DNA of 64,000 nt from Cyanophora paradoxa CCMP329 (GCA_004431415.1 QPMI01000626.1:248001-312000), one strand, 5' to 3'. Positions 51,492-60,825 are shown, counted from the first letter of the stretch. Numbers and translations: made by a program. The notes: generated by a model from the sequence alone, not told the origin.

Positions 51492-51830
51492 ACGTATCCG
51501 GAGGAGGTCCGAGCTATATATCGCGTACGCGTGCTCAGCGGGTTGAGGCCAAGGCCGTGGTCCTATAGCTAGCGCCCGGGCGGCCGGCCCTTCAAATTTG
51601 GCTGTCGCTTATATAGATAGTCCGGCTCCCTCTCGAAGACCTACAAGTTTGCATCCTTCCAATTTAATTTGCGCAAGCCTATCACTACATGTACATTATT
51701 TAGAGAAGCCTACAGCTAGCAATAGCATTGGAATTTCGAGTCGAGGAGCTGACCGTTGGAAATCCTGATTATGACTATTTCTGTGTGACTGCAGAGGCCT
51801 TTATATAGCTCGGACCTCCTCCGGATCCGT
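51492..51830. mobile_element. MITE-like element, about 335 bp
   Basis: Perfect 25-bp inverted repeats atccggaggaggtccgagctatata (51496) and tatatagctcggacctcctccggat (51802-51826); no coding capacity; no clear TSD. Confidence 0.55.
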
Positions 51831-51972
51831 TCATATTTTGTGCTTTTCGCATAAATATTGTTTCAGATGCTCGAGCTCTTTCGAATTCGAATTCTGAACA
51901 AGCAGGGGGGCAAGCCCCCCCGCACCCCCCCATTTACTAATGAGCATGACCCAGGCCCCCTCCGATTCCGTC

Positions 51973-52370
51973 GTGCGCGGCGCGCCCGGCGGCGCAACAT
52001 CTCCCTCCACCAGTCCGTCCTCTCCTGCCTCGCCCGCGCCGAGCGCGCCCAGGGCGCCACCCCCACGTACCCGTACCCCTCCTCCTCCTCTTCCACCCCC
52101 TCCTCACCCGCCCCGTCCGAGGGGGCGGGCGATCGCGAGAGGCCCGCGGGGGCGCCGGTCGGCCGGGCGGCCTCGCCGCGGCCGCGCGGGGCCGGCGGGG
52201 CCGGCGCGGGGCGGCGCCCCTACCCCCCTCGCCCCCGCGACCAGTAGCTATAGCCCGGCGCAGCCCTAGCGGGCTGCCCCCACGTCCTACCCGCCTTCGG
52301 CTTTCGCTTTGTTCGGTTTTCGCGTAGCAATGAAGGTCTGAAAAATGAAATCGAGCAATGAGGTCCGCGT
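51973..52370 (+). pseudogene. Duplicated 3' end (last exon part plus 3' flank) of the 35968-43673 gene
   Basis: Direct, moderately diverged copy of about 43397-43810 (RRARRRNISLHQSVLSCLARAER..). Confidence 0.85.
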
Positions 52371-52819
52371 CGCGCGCGCTCAACGGGTTCAACGTTAACG
52401 GTTCAGCGATCTTCCCTAGTCGTGTAAGTGTTGTACATGTATTCCCTTTATTTCTAGATGCATGCATATGCGCAGCCACCTACGGCTTAAATGCATGAAC
52501 ACCCGCCTTCGAATTTGAATATTGCTTGAACATCTACAAGTTCGCATATGTACAGGCCTATTATATCACTACATTATTTATAGAAGCTTATAGCTAGCTA
52601 TACGGTTGGAATTTAGAGTCGAGGAGCTGCCATCCTGGATGATATCTGTGTGATCATGACTGCATAGTTTCAGAGTGCCTTGAATTGAAGCCTCGGAGCT
52701 TGAACTCCTTCCGTTTGCGAATCAGACCTTCCGGCGTGCCTGCGATCGCGAGGAAGGCATGCGCAGCATGGCCTTGCGCGTGAGCCGACGAATTTCGAGG
52801 CATGGCCGAAAGCATGGGT

Positions 52820-53234
52820 CCAAGAAAATTGAAGCGCGGACCCTCCTGTTCTGTACGATTGGATCCGCTTTGCCCAGGACTGTGACGCTTTCAAAACCCT
52901 TTTCGTTGCCTGAAACGTCGTTATCCTGTAAGTATAAATTAAAATCAGAATACGATACGAACTCGCGATCGAATTGAATGCAATAATGGTGCGCGCACAG
53001 CCACAATGCCCTTCGCTGATTCGTAGAAGAGAAAGCCTGTAGATCCGCAGTTGTGTGCGACGTTGTCACGCAAAATCGGATCCGTCATCTCGTCCCGCAC
53101 TTGAAAGCATCCATAACCGATTACGCTTGGGTCAACGTTTGCCACGTTGCAGCCCTCCACAATTGCTCGGCTCCCGCTCCTAATGAAAACTAAGCATGAC
53201 TTCGGAACGTTGTTGCGGATGGTGAGGCTCGCAT
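52820..53234 (-). pseudogene. Right-handed parallel beta-helix (PbH1/FBXO11-like) gene fragment cut by the viral insertion
   Basis: SLTIRNNVPKSCLVFIRSGSRAIVEGCNVAN..DPILRDNVAHNCGSTGFLFYESAKGIVA, a GT-AG intron, then DNDVSGNEKGFESVTVLGKADPIVQNRR. Homology stops at about 53,235. Confidence 0.6.
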
Positions 53235-53600
53235 GGGGGTGAGCCCCACCAATTGTGCGACCTTCCCGCGACCATTTTCAATAAGCACATTTTCAGCATC
53301 ACGAATCTCAGTCACAAAATCACAAATTCGCACTGAGCCACACTGTATTTTTCAAACATCTAACCCCTCCTTACTGAAACCAATCACAAAAACCTACATA
53401 TAATCTTTTCTCTAATTCCTTACCATTCCCAGTAAGCCCTTAAACCCTCCCTCGATTTCTCAGTAAGGACAGTAAGACCCCTATTTTTACGAAATGTTCC
53501 CGATCGTTTCCGGACTGTTTTCAGTTAGCCAAATTGAAAAATCAAGGTGAGCCCCACCAATTAAACAAGTGATCCCCACTTAAAGACTTCCCGATAATAT
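53235..53600. repeat. Putative left terminal (TIR) region
   Basis: Non-coding; starts GGGGGTGAGCCCC (hairpin); ggtgagccccaccaatt recurs at about 53546; cagtaag x3. The partner end is not in the window. Confidence 0.5.
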
Positions 53601-53609
53601 ACTGTAACA

Positions 53610-53933
53610 ATGGCAAGCGATCAAGTAACTCTACCTGAGAGTAAGCAATGCAATGTATGCAACAAGGTAAAACCGGCATCGAGTTATACATTGCAAAAGG
53701 GTAGCTCAGGAAGTATACTTTTGAATTGGAGATGCAAAGTCTGCGAACGTGACTATCGCAATTACCTTTATCATTTCGTGTTAAAAACGCGTCCGAAGAT
53801 CGAAGTACAATCGAAGATATGCTCGCACTGCAAGATTGAGAAGCCTGCAAGCGAGTATAATAAAAAACAAAGCACAAAGGATGGTCTCTACTATCAATGC
53901 CGAGAATGTTATAGTAAAACTCGTAAGAGTTAA
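53610..53933 (+). CDS. Tandem CxxC zinc-finger protein (type often attached to viral endonucleases)
   Basis: KQCNVCNKVKP..CKVC and KICSHCKIEKPASEY..DGLYYQCREC. Confidence 0.75.
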   Translation: MASDQVTLPESKQCNVCNKVKPASSYTLQKGSSGSILLNWRCKVCERDYRNYLYHFVLKTRPKIEVQSKICSHCKIEKPASEYNKKQSTKDGLYYQCRECYSKTRKS

Positions 53934-54173
53934 AACCGAATTTCATTTTATATTTTTTAAAGCGAGTTTGTGCATGAGCAAGCATGCCGAAAATGCCCAC
54001 CTGCACAAACTTGCGCACCCCATCGACAAAGTACGATGATCGACGAAGTACGACGATAGACCACGTTAAAATAAACTCGCGCCCCGCCCACTATGCAAGA
54101 TACATGCGAACAACATGCATGATCTATGAAAAATGATAAAATGAACAGGGTAAAAATATCGACTTAAATAATA

Positions 54174-54566
54174 ATGGATTCCCGATACCGCGGCTACCAC
54201 GTCATGCTTGACTATATAACCGACCCGTTCACCGAGTCCCCGGAGGCATGCGCCGAGTGGATCACAGCGAACCTGTCGCAATATATAACAGATCGCCAGA
54301 TGCGCATCGTGCACCAGCACACCTGCATTTTCGATGGCTCTAATTCCCCTCCCGGTTTCGCGATTGGCTTTCTATTAGATGAGTCGCATGCCACAGCTCA
54401 CTCTTATAGCGACCAGGGGCTATTAGCGATCGATATCTTTACATGCGGCTCAAATGCCGAAGCGAAGACAATGGGTATAGCACAGGACATTAACGATCTC
54501 ATACAGGAAAGGCTGAAAGTTCGAAAGTGGGACTTACAGGTCGAGCAAAGGTTCCCAATTTCATAA
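54174..54566 (+). CDS. speD: S-adenosylmethionine decarboxylase proenzyme (short prokaryotic/viral class)
   Basis: GYHVMLD, F..PPGFAIGFLLDESHATAHSY (ESH autocleavage site), LAIDIFTCG; 130 aa. Confidence 0.9.
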   Translation: MDSRYRGYHVMLDYITDPFTESPEACAEWITANLSQYITDRQMRIVHQHTCIFDGSNSPPGFAIGFLLDESHATAHSYSDQGLLAIDIFTCGSNAEAKTMGIAQDINDLIQERLKVRKWDLQVEQRFPIS

Positions 54567-54591
54567 AAAATGAAAAAAGCGACATATACAT

Positions 54592-54906
54592 TTAATGTTC
54601 CTTGATCGGAAACTTGCCCATTAGTGGGTGATCGAGACCCATAACATACCAGGATTTCATAACGGGATCCCAGCGGGCTTTCTCAGCCTTCGCTTGATCC
54701 TTAAATTCATAAGGAATATCGAGGTAAAGCTTCACGTTTCTTTGATACACTTGCTCATAGCTTAGAGTTTTGAACTGAGAGCATAGGGGGTGATCTTTCT
54801 TCATGACATACCAGCATGAATTCTCACGATCCCACTTTCCACCGAGGGATTTCGCAACGTCTTTTTTATCAAACGGAATATCAACATAATACTTTTCACC
54901 CTCCAT
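54592..54906 (-). CDS. Tandem DUF5710 domain protein
   Basis: YVDIPFDKKDVAKSLGGKWD..WYV and YLDIPYEFKDQAKAEKARWD..WYV. Confidence 0.8.
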   Translation of the reverse strand: MEGEKYYVDIPFDKKDVAKSLGGKWDRENSCWYVMKKDHPLCSQFKTLSYEQVYQRNVKLYLDIPYEFKDQAKAEKARWDPVMKSWYVMGLDHPLMGKFPIKEH

Positions 54907-54919
54907 CTCTTTTATATTT

Positions 54920-54939
54920 ACCGGAGAAAATAATTTCGG
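54920..54939 (-). promoter_or_regulatory. Conserved viral upstream motif (sense CCGAAATTATTTTCTCCGGT)
   Basis: 20-mer identical to 60680-60699; ends 14 nt upstream of the ATG at 54906. Confidence 0.7.
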
Positions 54940-54945
54940 GGTTTG

Positions 54946-56328
54946 TTATGAACGAGAAGACCGAAGAATGCGCGTAGTAGGGGCTGTGTAGCTTGCGCTC
55001 TGATTCTTGAATGATTTATACCACCGCTGACTGTTTACCTCTGAGAGCTTCTCAGTTCCCGCGATCGTTAATTTAGCGAGCTCTCTCAGCGCCCTCTTTG
55101 TCTTTTCTGCGCGATCTTCCAATAATGCGCCTTTTGGAACACTTGCGGCGACATCTATGCCTTCTTTTTGAACCTGCCGGATAGAAGCGGCTTCTATTTC
55201 GGCTGCTTTGATTGCGTTGCCTGATGGCTCCACCACAGCTTCGACCTCTGTAATGATTTGCAATTCGTGCGGCTTAAAAAGCTTCGGCATTACGTTCCCC
55301 GCTGCATCTTGCACCTCTATTGCGTTTCCCCTCCTTCCCACTATTTTGTAGACCTCTCTGCTATACCTTTGGGTCGCGCCTTTATCGAACTTCGATCTCG
55401 GCAATAATAGGCGGACGTGGAGACCCGGCTTAAAGTCGCTGAATATATCCTTTACGATTGTGTTCTTTCTCGAAATAATAGCCGCTCGGATCTGCTCCAT
55501 ATCTGAGAGCTTTACATCCCCCGGTTTCATTCCTATGGTTCTGTGAATGGTGTTATTGTAATTGAAAACGAAGTCGTCCAATTTATCCATAAACCGCACT
55601 GTATTATAGGCGACACAGTAATTGTTTATCATCGTTTTTAGGGTCAAATGAAAGCGATTCATAATTCCCAGCGAAGTGTGATCTCCGACCTGTTTAAAGC
55701 GGTGTTCTATTCCGTTATTTTTAACGATCTCCTGAAACTCCTTTGCGATGAATTCTGAGCCGTTATCTGTCTCTAAACGCTTCATTGGAGCCGGGAGCTC
55801 TGTGAGCATCTCCGCAAAAGCGGCGGCAACACTTGCGCCCTCCTTATTCTTTAACTTCTTGGCATATGCTTTTCGGCTTGTCATCTCGATGAGAGTAAGG
55901 ACTGCAATGTAGCCGGAATTATAATTGCCATATGAGAGATAAAAGATGAGATCTGCTTGGTAGCACCACGGCGGGGCTGTGATGGGAATAAAAGCGGTTT
56001 GGGTCGGTGCGGGGGGCTTCTTGTTGATCTGCATAAATTCTTGTTTCGCTGCGACATCTTGCACTTCTTTCAATGTGAGGCTCTTGTCCTCTTTTCTCAG
56101 CTCTTCGTACAATGCCGATGGGTTCTTAAAACCTGTCTTCGGGTCATACATGCGTCGCACGATCTTAGAGGACGGGTTAGCAATGCTAAAAGGAACATCT
56201 CCTAATAAATTTGATTTTGCTTGGCGTTTTGTGATTTTTTGGGGGATTAGCTCAGTTTCAGGAACCGCGATAGGTAGTATGGTGGTCTCTGTCTCCTCTC
56301 CCGCTACCCTTCTAACGATCCGTGACAT
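54946..56328 (-). CDS. Polinton/virophage-type retroviral-like (rve) integrase
   Basis: YDPKTGF..LY, YQADLI, LETDNGSEF, GIMNRFHLTLK, YNNTIHRTIGMKP, FKPGLHVR..FDKG..YSREVYKI. Confidence 0.92.
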   Translation of the reverse strand: MSRIVRRVAGEETETTILPIAVPETELIPQKITKRQAKSNLLGDVPFSIANPSSKIVRRMYDPKTGFKNPSALYEELRKEDKSLTLKEVQDVAAKQEFMQINKKPPAPTQTAFIPITAPPWCYQADLIFYLSYGNYNSGYIAVLTLIEMTSRKAYAKKLKNKEGASVAAAFAEMLTELPAPMKRLETDNGSEFIAKEFQEIVKNNGIEHRFKQVGDHTSLGIMNRFHLTLKTMINNYCVAYNTVRFMDKLDDFVFNYNNTIHRTIGMKPGDVKLSDMEQIRAAIISRKNTIVKDIFSDFKPGLHVRLLLPRSKFDKGATQRYSREVYKIVGRRGNAIEVQDAAGNVMPKLFKPHELQIITEVEAVVEPSGNAIKAAEIEAASIRQVQKEGIDVAASVPKGALLEDRAEKTKRALRELAKLTIAGTEKLSEVNSQRWYKSFKNQSASYTAPTTRILRSSRS

Positions 56329-56347
56329 TTCTTCTAATTAAACCTGT

Positions 56348-57850
56348 TTATTTTTTGCTGCAATTGCACCCGTGATGCGCGAGTTGACAATTGTCTTTAA
56401 GGTGTGGGCGCTTATTATTGATGCGATCCACGACGAGCCTGTAATTCGGATCTTGCGGCTCAATCGGAATCGGAAGGGAACAGAGCGCACAGGCGCCCTT
56501 CTGTTGCTTCTTGCGCTCTAATATCCACTCCGGCGTAATATAATCCGCCTCGTTGAAATCGCGACCGGCACGCTGATCCTGGCATTTATAACCGCGGATC
56601 TTCGTTTTCAGATATTCGATGTAGTCGCTCTTTCCTTGGAACTTGTGAATAGGTGTATAAATCAGCACCGTAGACAGATCGCGGTTACGAGTGAGCGCGG
56701 TATAGAACCATTCGCGAGTGGTATAGCGGAACGTAGCCTCACAAATGACAATGCCCGAATCAAGTGTGAGACCTTGCGTTGAATGACCTGTTCCTGCATA
56801 AGGGAGAGAAAAATGTTCTAACATCGCGCACGGAACCTCGAACGTGACGCCATCGAAGACGTCAGTTAATGTGACCATTTGCTTGGTGATTTTGGTGATC
56901 CGATAGGTGTAATTTGTGTATGCGTTAATAGACTCACCCTCAGACCGCGAAATGCGTAGATACCTGCGACAAACGACCTCCAAACCCTTGTAGAATTTGA
57001 TGCCGTTGACCTCTACGGTTGCAATATTTACTTTTCGTCTATCGTGCATCAGTTTGTTATAGGCTAAGGTCATTTCGTTTCTGTAAGCGATGCCAAAGTA
57101 GCCGTCGGGAATGGCGCTTAGATCATTAATTGTCGGCAACCCGTATTTCGAGATAATCTGTGAGGCTTCGAGTCCGTTTTCGAAGAGATCCTCTTTAATC
57201 GCCCGAATTAATTCACGGTCTGTCTCCTTCTTGTGCCGCTTGTTTATGCGTAGACTCAGGACATTAGGGAACATGCTCTGCACAGCGCGCTTATAGTAGC
57301 CCTTGCGATCAGAAACCGAGAGCTCGTCATTAATTGGTTCGTTCTGATAGGTATCGCCATTAGCCAAATATTTGATATCCGGATAGCGGTCTATGAAAGT
57401 CTTGATCTTAGCGAGATCCTTTACGGAATACGCGAATATCTCGTCGAACATTATATGGCTGAACTCGGAGACGAACGCCCTCTGGTCTTTTTCGCTCATA
57501 GCCTCTTCGTAGGTCTGATCATTTGAGACACGGATCCCGAGAACATTATATAAAGTACGAACGGTAATATTCTCGATTCCGCGGACTTTGAGAGAGTCCC
57601 TCAGCTCCGCGCACTGTTTGTTATAGGGGCAAATAACTAAGCAATTCGACTTTTGAGATGCGAAACAGTTAATACCGAGTGTCGACTTTCCACTTCCGGG
57701 CATGTCAGCAAGGACAAGCATACGATTATGGAGCTTCGCAACCCAATTAAAGCACTCCGGATTAAATTCGTCCCTCAGCGAGAACCGGTTAATGAGTGTC
57801 TCGGGATCCTGAAATTCGAGAGTTACACCCGTGGTGGGCGGAGTGCATTC
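56348..57850 (-). CDS. Superfamily 1 (RecD/Pif1-like) helicase with C-terminal HNH endonuclease; frame open to 57850, first ATG at 57721
   Basis: Walker A DMPGSGKS, Walker B MFDEIF, GDTYQNEPI, YAGTGHSTQGLT, YTALTR; CALC..VDRINNKRPHLKDNCQLAHHGCNCSK. Confidence 0.9.
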   Translation of the reverse strand, partial: ECTPPTTGVTLEFQDPETLINRFSLRDEFNPECFNWVAKLHNRMLVLADMPGSGKSTLGINCFASQKSNCLVICPYNKQCAELRDSLKVRGIENITVRTLYNVLGIRVSNDQTYEEAMSEKDQRAFVSEFSHIMFDEIFAYSVKDLAKIKTFIDRYPDIKYLANGDTYQNEPINDELSVSDRKGYYKRAVQSMFPNVLSLRINKRHKKETDRELIRAIKEDLFENGLEASQIISKYGLPTINDLSAIPDGYFGIAYRNEMTLAYNKLMHDRRKVNIATVEVNGIKFYKGLEVVCRRYLRISRSEGESINAYTNYTYRITKITKQMVTLTDVFDGVTFEVPCAMLEHFSLPYAGTGHSTQGLTLDSGIVICEATFRYTTREWFYTALTRNRDLSTVLIYTPIHKFQGKSDYIEYLKTKIRGYKCQDQRAGRDFNEADYITPEWILERKKQQKGACALCSLPIPIEPQDPNYRLVVDRINNKRPHLKDNCQLAHHGCNCSKK

Positions 57851-60657
57851 TCAGGGCATCTTTTCCCGGGAATATAGCTGAATTTGCCCATGTTCTCAAA
57901 CGCATTTCGGTCGAACTCTTTCTTACTTGTCCATGAACCTTCGATATATAGGCAATCCGTTCTGATCCCGGCAACCTTGTGCCCGCGCGCTGTCAGGCGC
58001 TTGTATTGCGCAAACATATTGGCACGGTTGCGATCGTAAATATGAAAGTGGATAGGAAGGAATCCGTTAACGAGCTCGCGGTGGGAGCTGATCTTAACGA
58101 AATAGATGTGACCTTCGAATTCGCTAAGAGTTTTGACACGTTTCGAATTCTTAGGATTGAAAGTAAACACCTCTACTGTTCCTCCGCATTCTTGGGCGAA
58201 CCTCTCAGCCTCGGCACGGTTGTAGAACATTTTCGTGGATGTTTGCGAGTCTTGGAATTTGCCGAGCATTCCGATCTCTTTCACTAAAATGTGCTTCTTA
58301 TCTGTGGTTTGAATGTCACTTGAAAGTACTTTCTTCATCTCCGAGATCGACGTATTGGGCACCAAATGCGAAGGCTCCGCGACCGCGATAATCTCTATCT
58401 TGTCCTTTACGTCCGCCCAATGCATGGAGAGAGTGTAGCCTGTCATGAAATTATAACAGCGACCACTCACGGAAAATGCGCGATCCAGAATAATTTCGAT
58501 TCCATCAATCTTGCGAGACATGGCGGCATCATAATCTACATCCTCATCATCGGCGAAAGTCGCTTGCTCTCTCTCAAACGCAACAACACGCACGTAGTAG
58601 ATCGCGTATTCGAGAATATCGCTTCCCGCTTTAAAGGGAACGAAGTCATCGAATACATTGTATTTCGGAAGATATTGCATGCCTTTTAGAATCGAAGGGT
58701 AGCACTTCGCCATATCGACAGCTGTGTAGGTGGCTTTCGGGTTCGGCTTATAGAAAAAGCCGCTTAGTGCGGATCGCTTGTAGTGCGTGAGAATTTCGCG
58801 CATGTTCGGGCTGTAATGTGAGATATTCGTCGCATTTAGTAGCGACTCGCGGAACCCCTTACCGATTTCACAGACCTTATTATAATACTCCTCTGTTTCG
58901 AAATCTTGCTCAATAAAGTGGTCGGTTGTGCGTGGATCTTTGATAGAGAACATCGAGCCATTAGCTTTGAATGTGATGCTGTCGATTTGTTTCGATGGTG
59001 TTAGCTTCACTGCGGGCTCATATCGCATTTTCAGGAACGTAAATAGAAGACCTTCCAGACCTTCGCGCCCAGTATAAAGAATGCGGATGAAACTGCGCTC
59101 GTCGGGCGATAGTTTTAGTTGCGTGATCTTTAACAAATCCTTGGATGTGTGCGCGAAGATATCGTGAGTAAGACACGTCGGAATTTTATAGAGTGCTAAC
59201 GAAGAGGTCGACTTAGGAACATGATTATCGAGCTCTTCGACCTCCATCTTTGCCATGCGCATTTCGAGCGACTTGATGTTATCGTTGAATATATAGATAT
59301 GCTTGTTGTGAATCATAAAGTGAATATTGCGGGGATTGATATTTTTGTTAATTGATTCTGCCGCGAATTTGTATACTAACTTACCGTCGACATCAAAGAC
59401 GCGGAAGCCTGTCTGAATTCTCTTACAGAATTTCTCGATGTGGCGGAGGGTGAGAGCCAGAGAGTCGCCAGGTGTGCGTTCGTGACCGTGAAAGAATTTA
59501 TAGAGACCGTCGTAGGACATAGTTAAGTCAGTATATCGCGGTTTTGGCGCCTCCTGACACTTCTTAATGGACGCTCCCCATGTGGAGATGATCATATCGT
59601 AGCCGCAAGCGTTAGATGTCGATGATTTGGGAAGCTCAATAATATCTTCGAACTCAGACGCGTTTGGATTTAATGTGTAGTCTGTGAATTTGCTCATAAT
59701 CGCGGTGCATCGCATGCTGTCCATTAGCTCCTCATCCAGAAACGCATAGCGATTTCCAGGGATAGCACCGGCTCCGTCATCTTCGACACCTTCGTCCCCA
59801 TCGATCACGACCTCATGAACAGTTATAAAGGCATCATCGACACTGCCGCCAAAATCATTAAACATAAGGCGTAGTCTTTTCTGTTCATCGGTTGGTGGTG
59901 TCTTAAAGAAGAACACCTCGTATGCTTGTCCGAACGTTTCGAGATATATAGTCAATTCATCGTAGTTTTCGAGTAAACGGAAGATTGATTTTCTCTCTTC
60001 CGAATAATAACGATTTTGAGCGGTGAGAACTCCATACCGTTTATCGATTTTTGCCAGAGCAAAGTTTCGCAACACCCTCACCGAAACTGTCTCTCTTATA
60101 TTGCGGTAGGTGACAAAGGTTTTGTCTTTTATACGTGTTCCGGGAATTCCGGGAATAACAATTACCTCCGACGACCGAGCACCGGATCCAGGTCCCCATA
60201 GCTTGAACGTAATTGTTGCGAGAGTTTCCGGATCGTATGCGGCGATTGGATCGAGAATAGTGCGTTTAATCGCATCCTCTACCGATTTTACTTTACCTCT
60301 CTGCTGCTTCGCTTCGAGTTTCGCTTCTTTCGCTCGTTTCTGTTCTTGCTTGCGATCGAAGCGCTGTAAACGCTTAGCCTCTTGTTCTTTTTGCTTCTGC
60401 TTTTCTATATTAACTTGGGTGCGAGCGGCGCGCTTTTCTTTCCGCTCTGCCCTGCGGAAAACGCGGGGATTAATGATTCCATTCAGAGTATCCCGAATGT
60501 CTATCAGCGTTTGGAGCTTGGGCTTCCGATTCATTGTGTTGTGCATCGCCCAATGCGCCTGTTCTTCGGTTAGCAAATCCTGACTCAATCCCTGCATAAT
60601 GTATCCGATAATTTCATCCCGAACATTGTTAGCGATTCTGTTGGTTGCGCGCGGCAT
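57823..60657 (-). CDS. polB: Divergent family B (protein-primed type) DNA polymerase with N-terminal putative terminal-protein and vOTU protease regions
   Basis: Motif A AVDMAKCYPS, motif B KHILVKEIGMLGK, motif C GIRTDCLY; upstream NACGYDMI..RVFD..IHFMIHNKHIY (Cys/His pair). Confidence 0.78.
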   Translation of the reverse strand: MPRATNRIANNVRDEIIGYIMQGLSQDLLTEEQAHWAMHNTMNRKPKLQTLIDIRDTLNGIINPRVFRRAERKEKRAARTQVNIEKQKQKEQEAKRLQRFDRKQEQKRAKEAKLEAKQQRGKVKSVEDAIKRTILDPIAAYDPETLATITFKLWGPGSGARSSEVIVIPGIPGTRIKDKTFVTYRNIRETVSVRVLRNFALAKIDKRYGVLTAQNRYYSEERKSIFRLLENYDELTIYLETFGQAYEVFFFKTPPTDEQKRLRLMFNDFGGSVDDAFITVHEVVIDGDEGVEDDGAGAIPGNRYAFLDEELMDSMRCTAIMSKFTDYTLNPNASEFEDIIELPKSSTSNACGYDMIISTWGASIKKCQEAPKPRYTDLTMSYDGLYKFFHGHERTPGDSLALTLRHIEKFCKRIQTGFRVFDVDGKLVYKFAAESINKNINPRNIHFMIHNKHIYIFNDNIKSLEMRMAKMEVEELDNHVPKSTSSLALYKIPTCLTHDIFAHTSKDLLKITQLKLSPDERSFIRILYTGREGLEGLLFTFLKMRYEPAVKLTPSKQIDSITFKANGSMFSIKDPRTTDHFIEQDFETEEYYNKVCEIGKGFRESLLNATNISHYSPNMREILTHYKRSALSGFFYKPNPKATYTAVDMAKCYPSILKGMQYLPKYNVFDDFVPFKAGSDILEYAIYYVRVVAFEREQATFADDEDVDYDAAMSRKIDGIEIILDRAFSVSGRCYNFMTGYTLSMHWADVKDKIEIIAVAEPSHLVPNTSISEMKKVLSSDIQTTDKKHILVKEIGMLGKFQDSQTSTKMFYNRAEAERFAQECGGTVEVFTFNPKNSKRVKTLSEFEGHIYFVKISSHRELVNGFLPIHFHIYDRNRANMFAQYKRLTARGHKVAGIRTDCLYIEGSWTSKKEFDRNAFENMGKFSYIPGKRCPENALRPPRV

Positions 60658-60679
60658 CTCTATTAGTTCTTTTAAAATA

Positions 60680-60699
60680 ACCGGAGAAAATAATTTCGG
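60680..60699 (-). promoter_or_regulatory. Conserved viral upstream motif
   Basis: Same 20-mer, about 23 nt upstream of the polB ATG. Confidence 0.7.
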
Positions 60700-60825
60700 C
60701 GCAATCTACCAAATTCTCCTTTTCATACCCTTGTCGCCAATTCTTTAAGTGCTTTTTGACCGATACGGGGAATAAAAAGGGAGGTAAAAAATTAATCATT
60801 TTTTGCATCGTGCGGATACTTTCCG

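Noticed and set aside
44197-51546. ORFs within the inverted-repeat arms as transposase or other genes
   Set aside because: Short, with no recognisable motifs; mirrored only because of the repeat.
57809-57828. 20-nt GT..AG segment whose removal would fuse polB and helicase in frame
   Set aside because: Far shorter than host introns here (about 55 nt and up) and the element is otherwise intronless; probably chance, though RNA-seq could test it.
57861-57867. GGGAAAA slippery heptamer for a programmed polB-helicase -1 frameshift
   Set aside because: It is phased GGG AAA A rather than X XXY YYZ, and lies upstream of a TGA (57851-57853) in the -1 frame.
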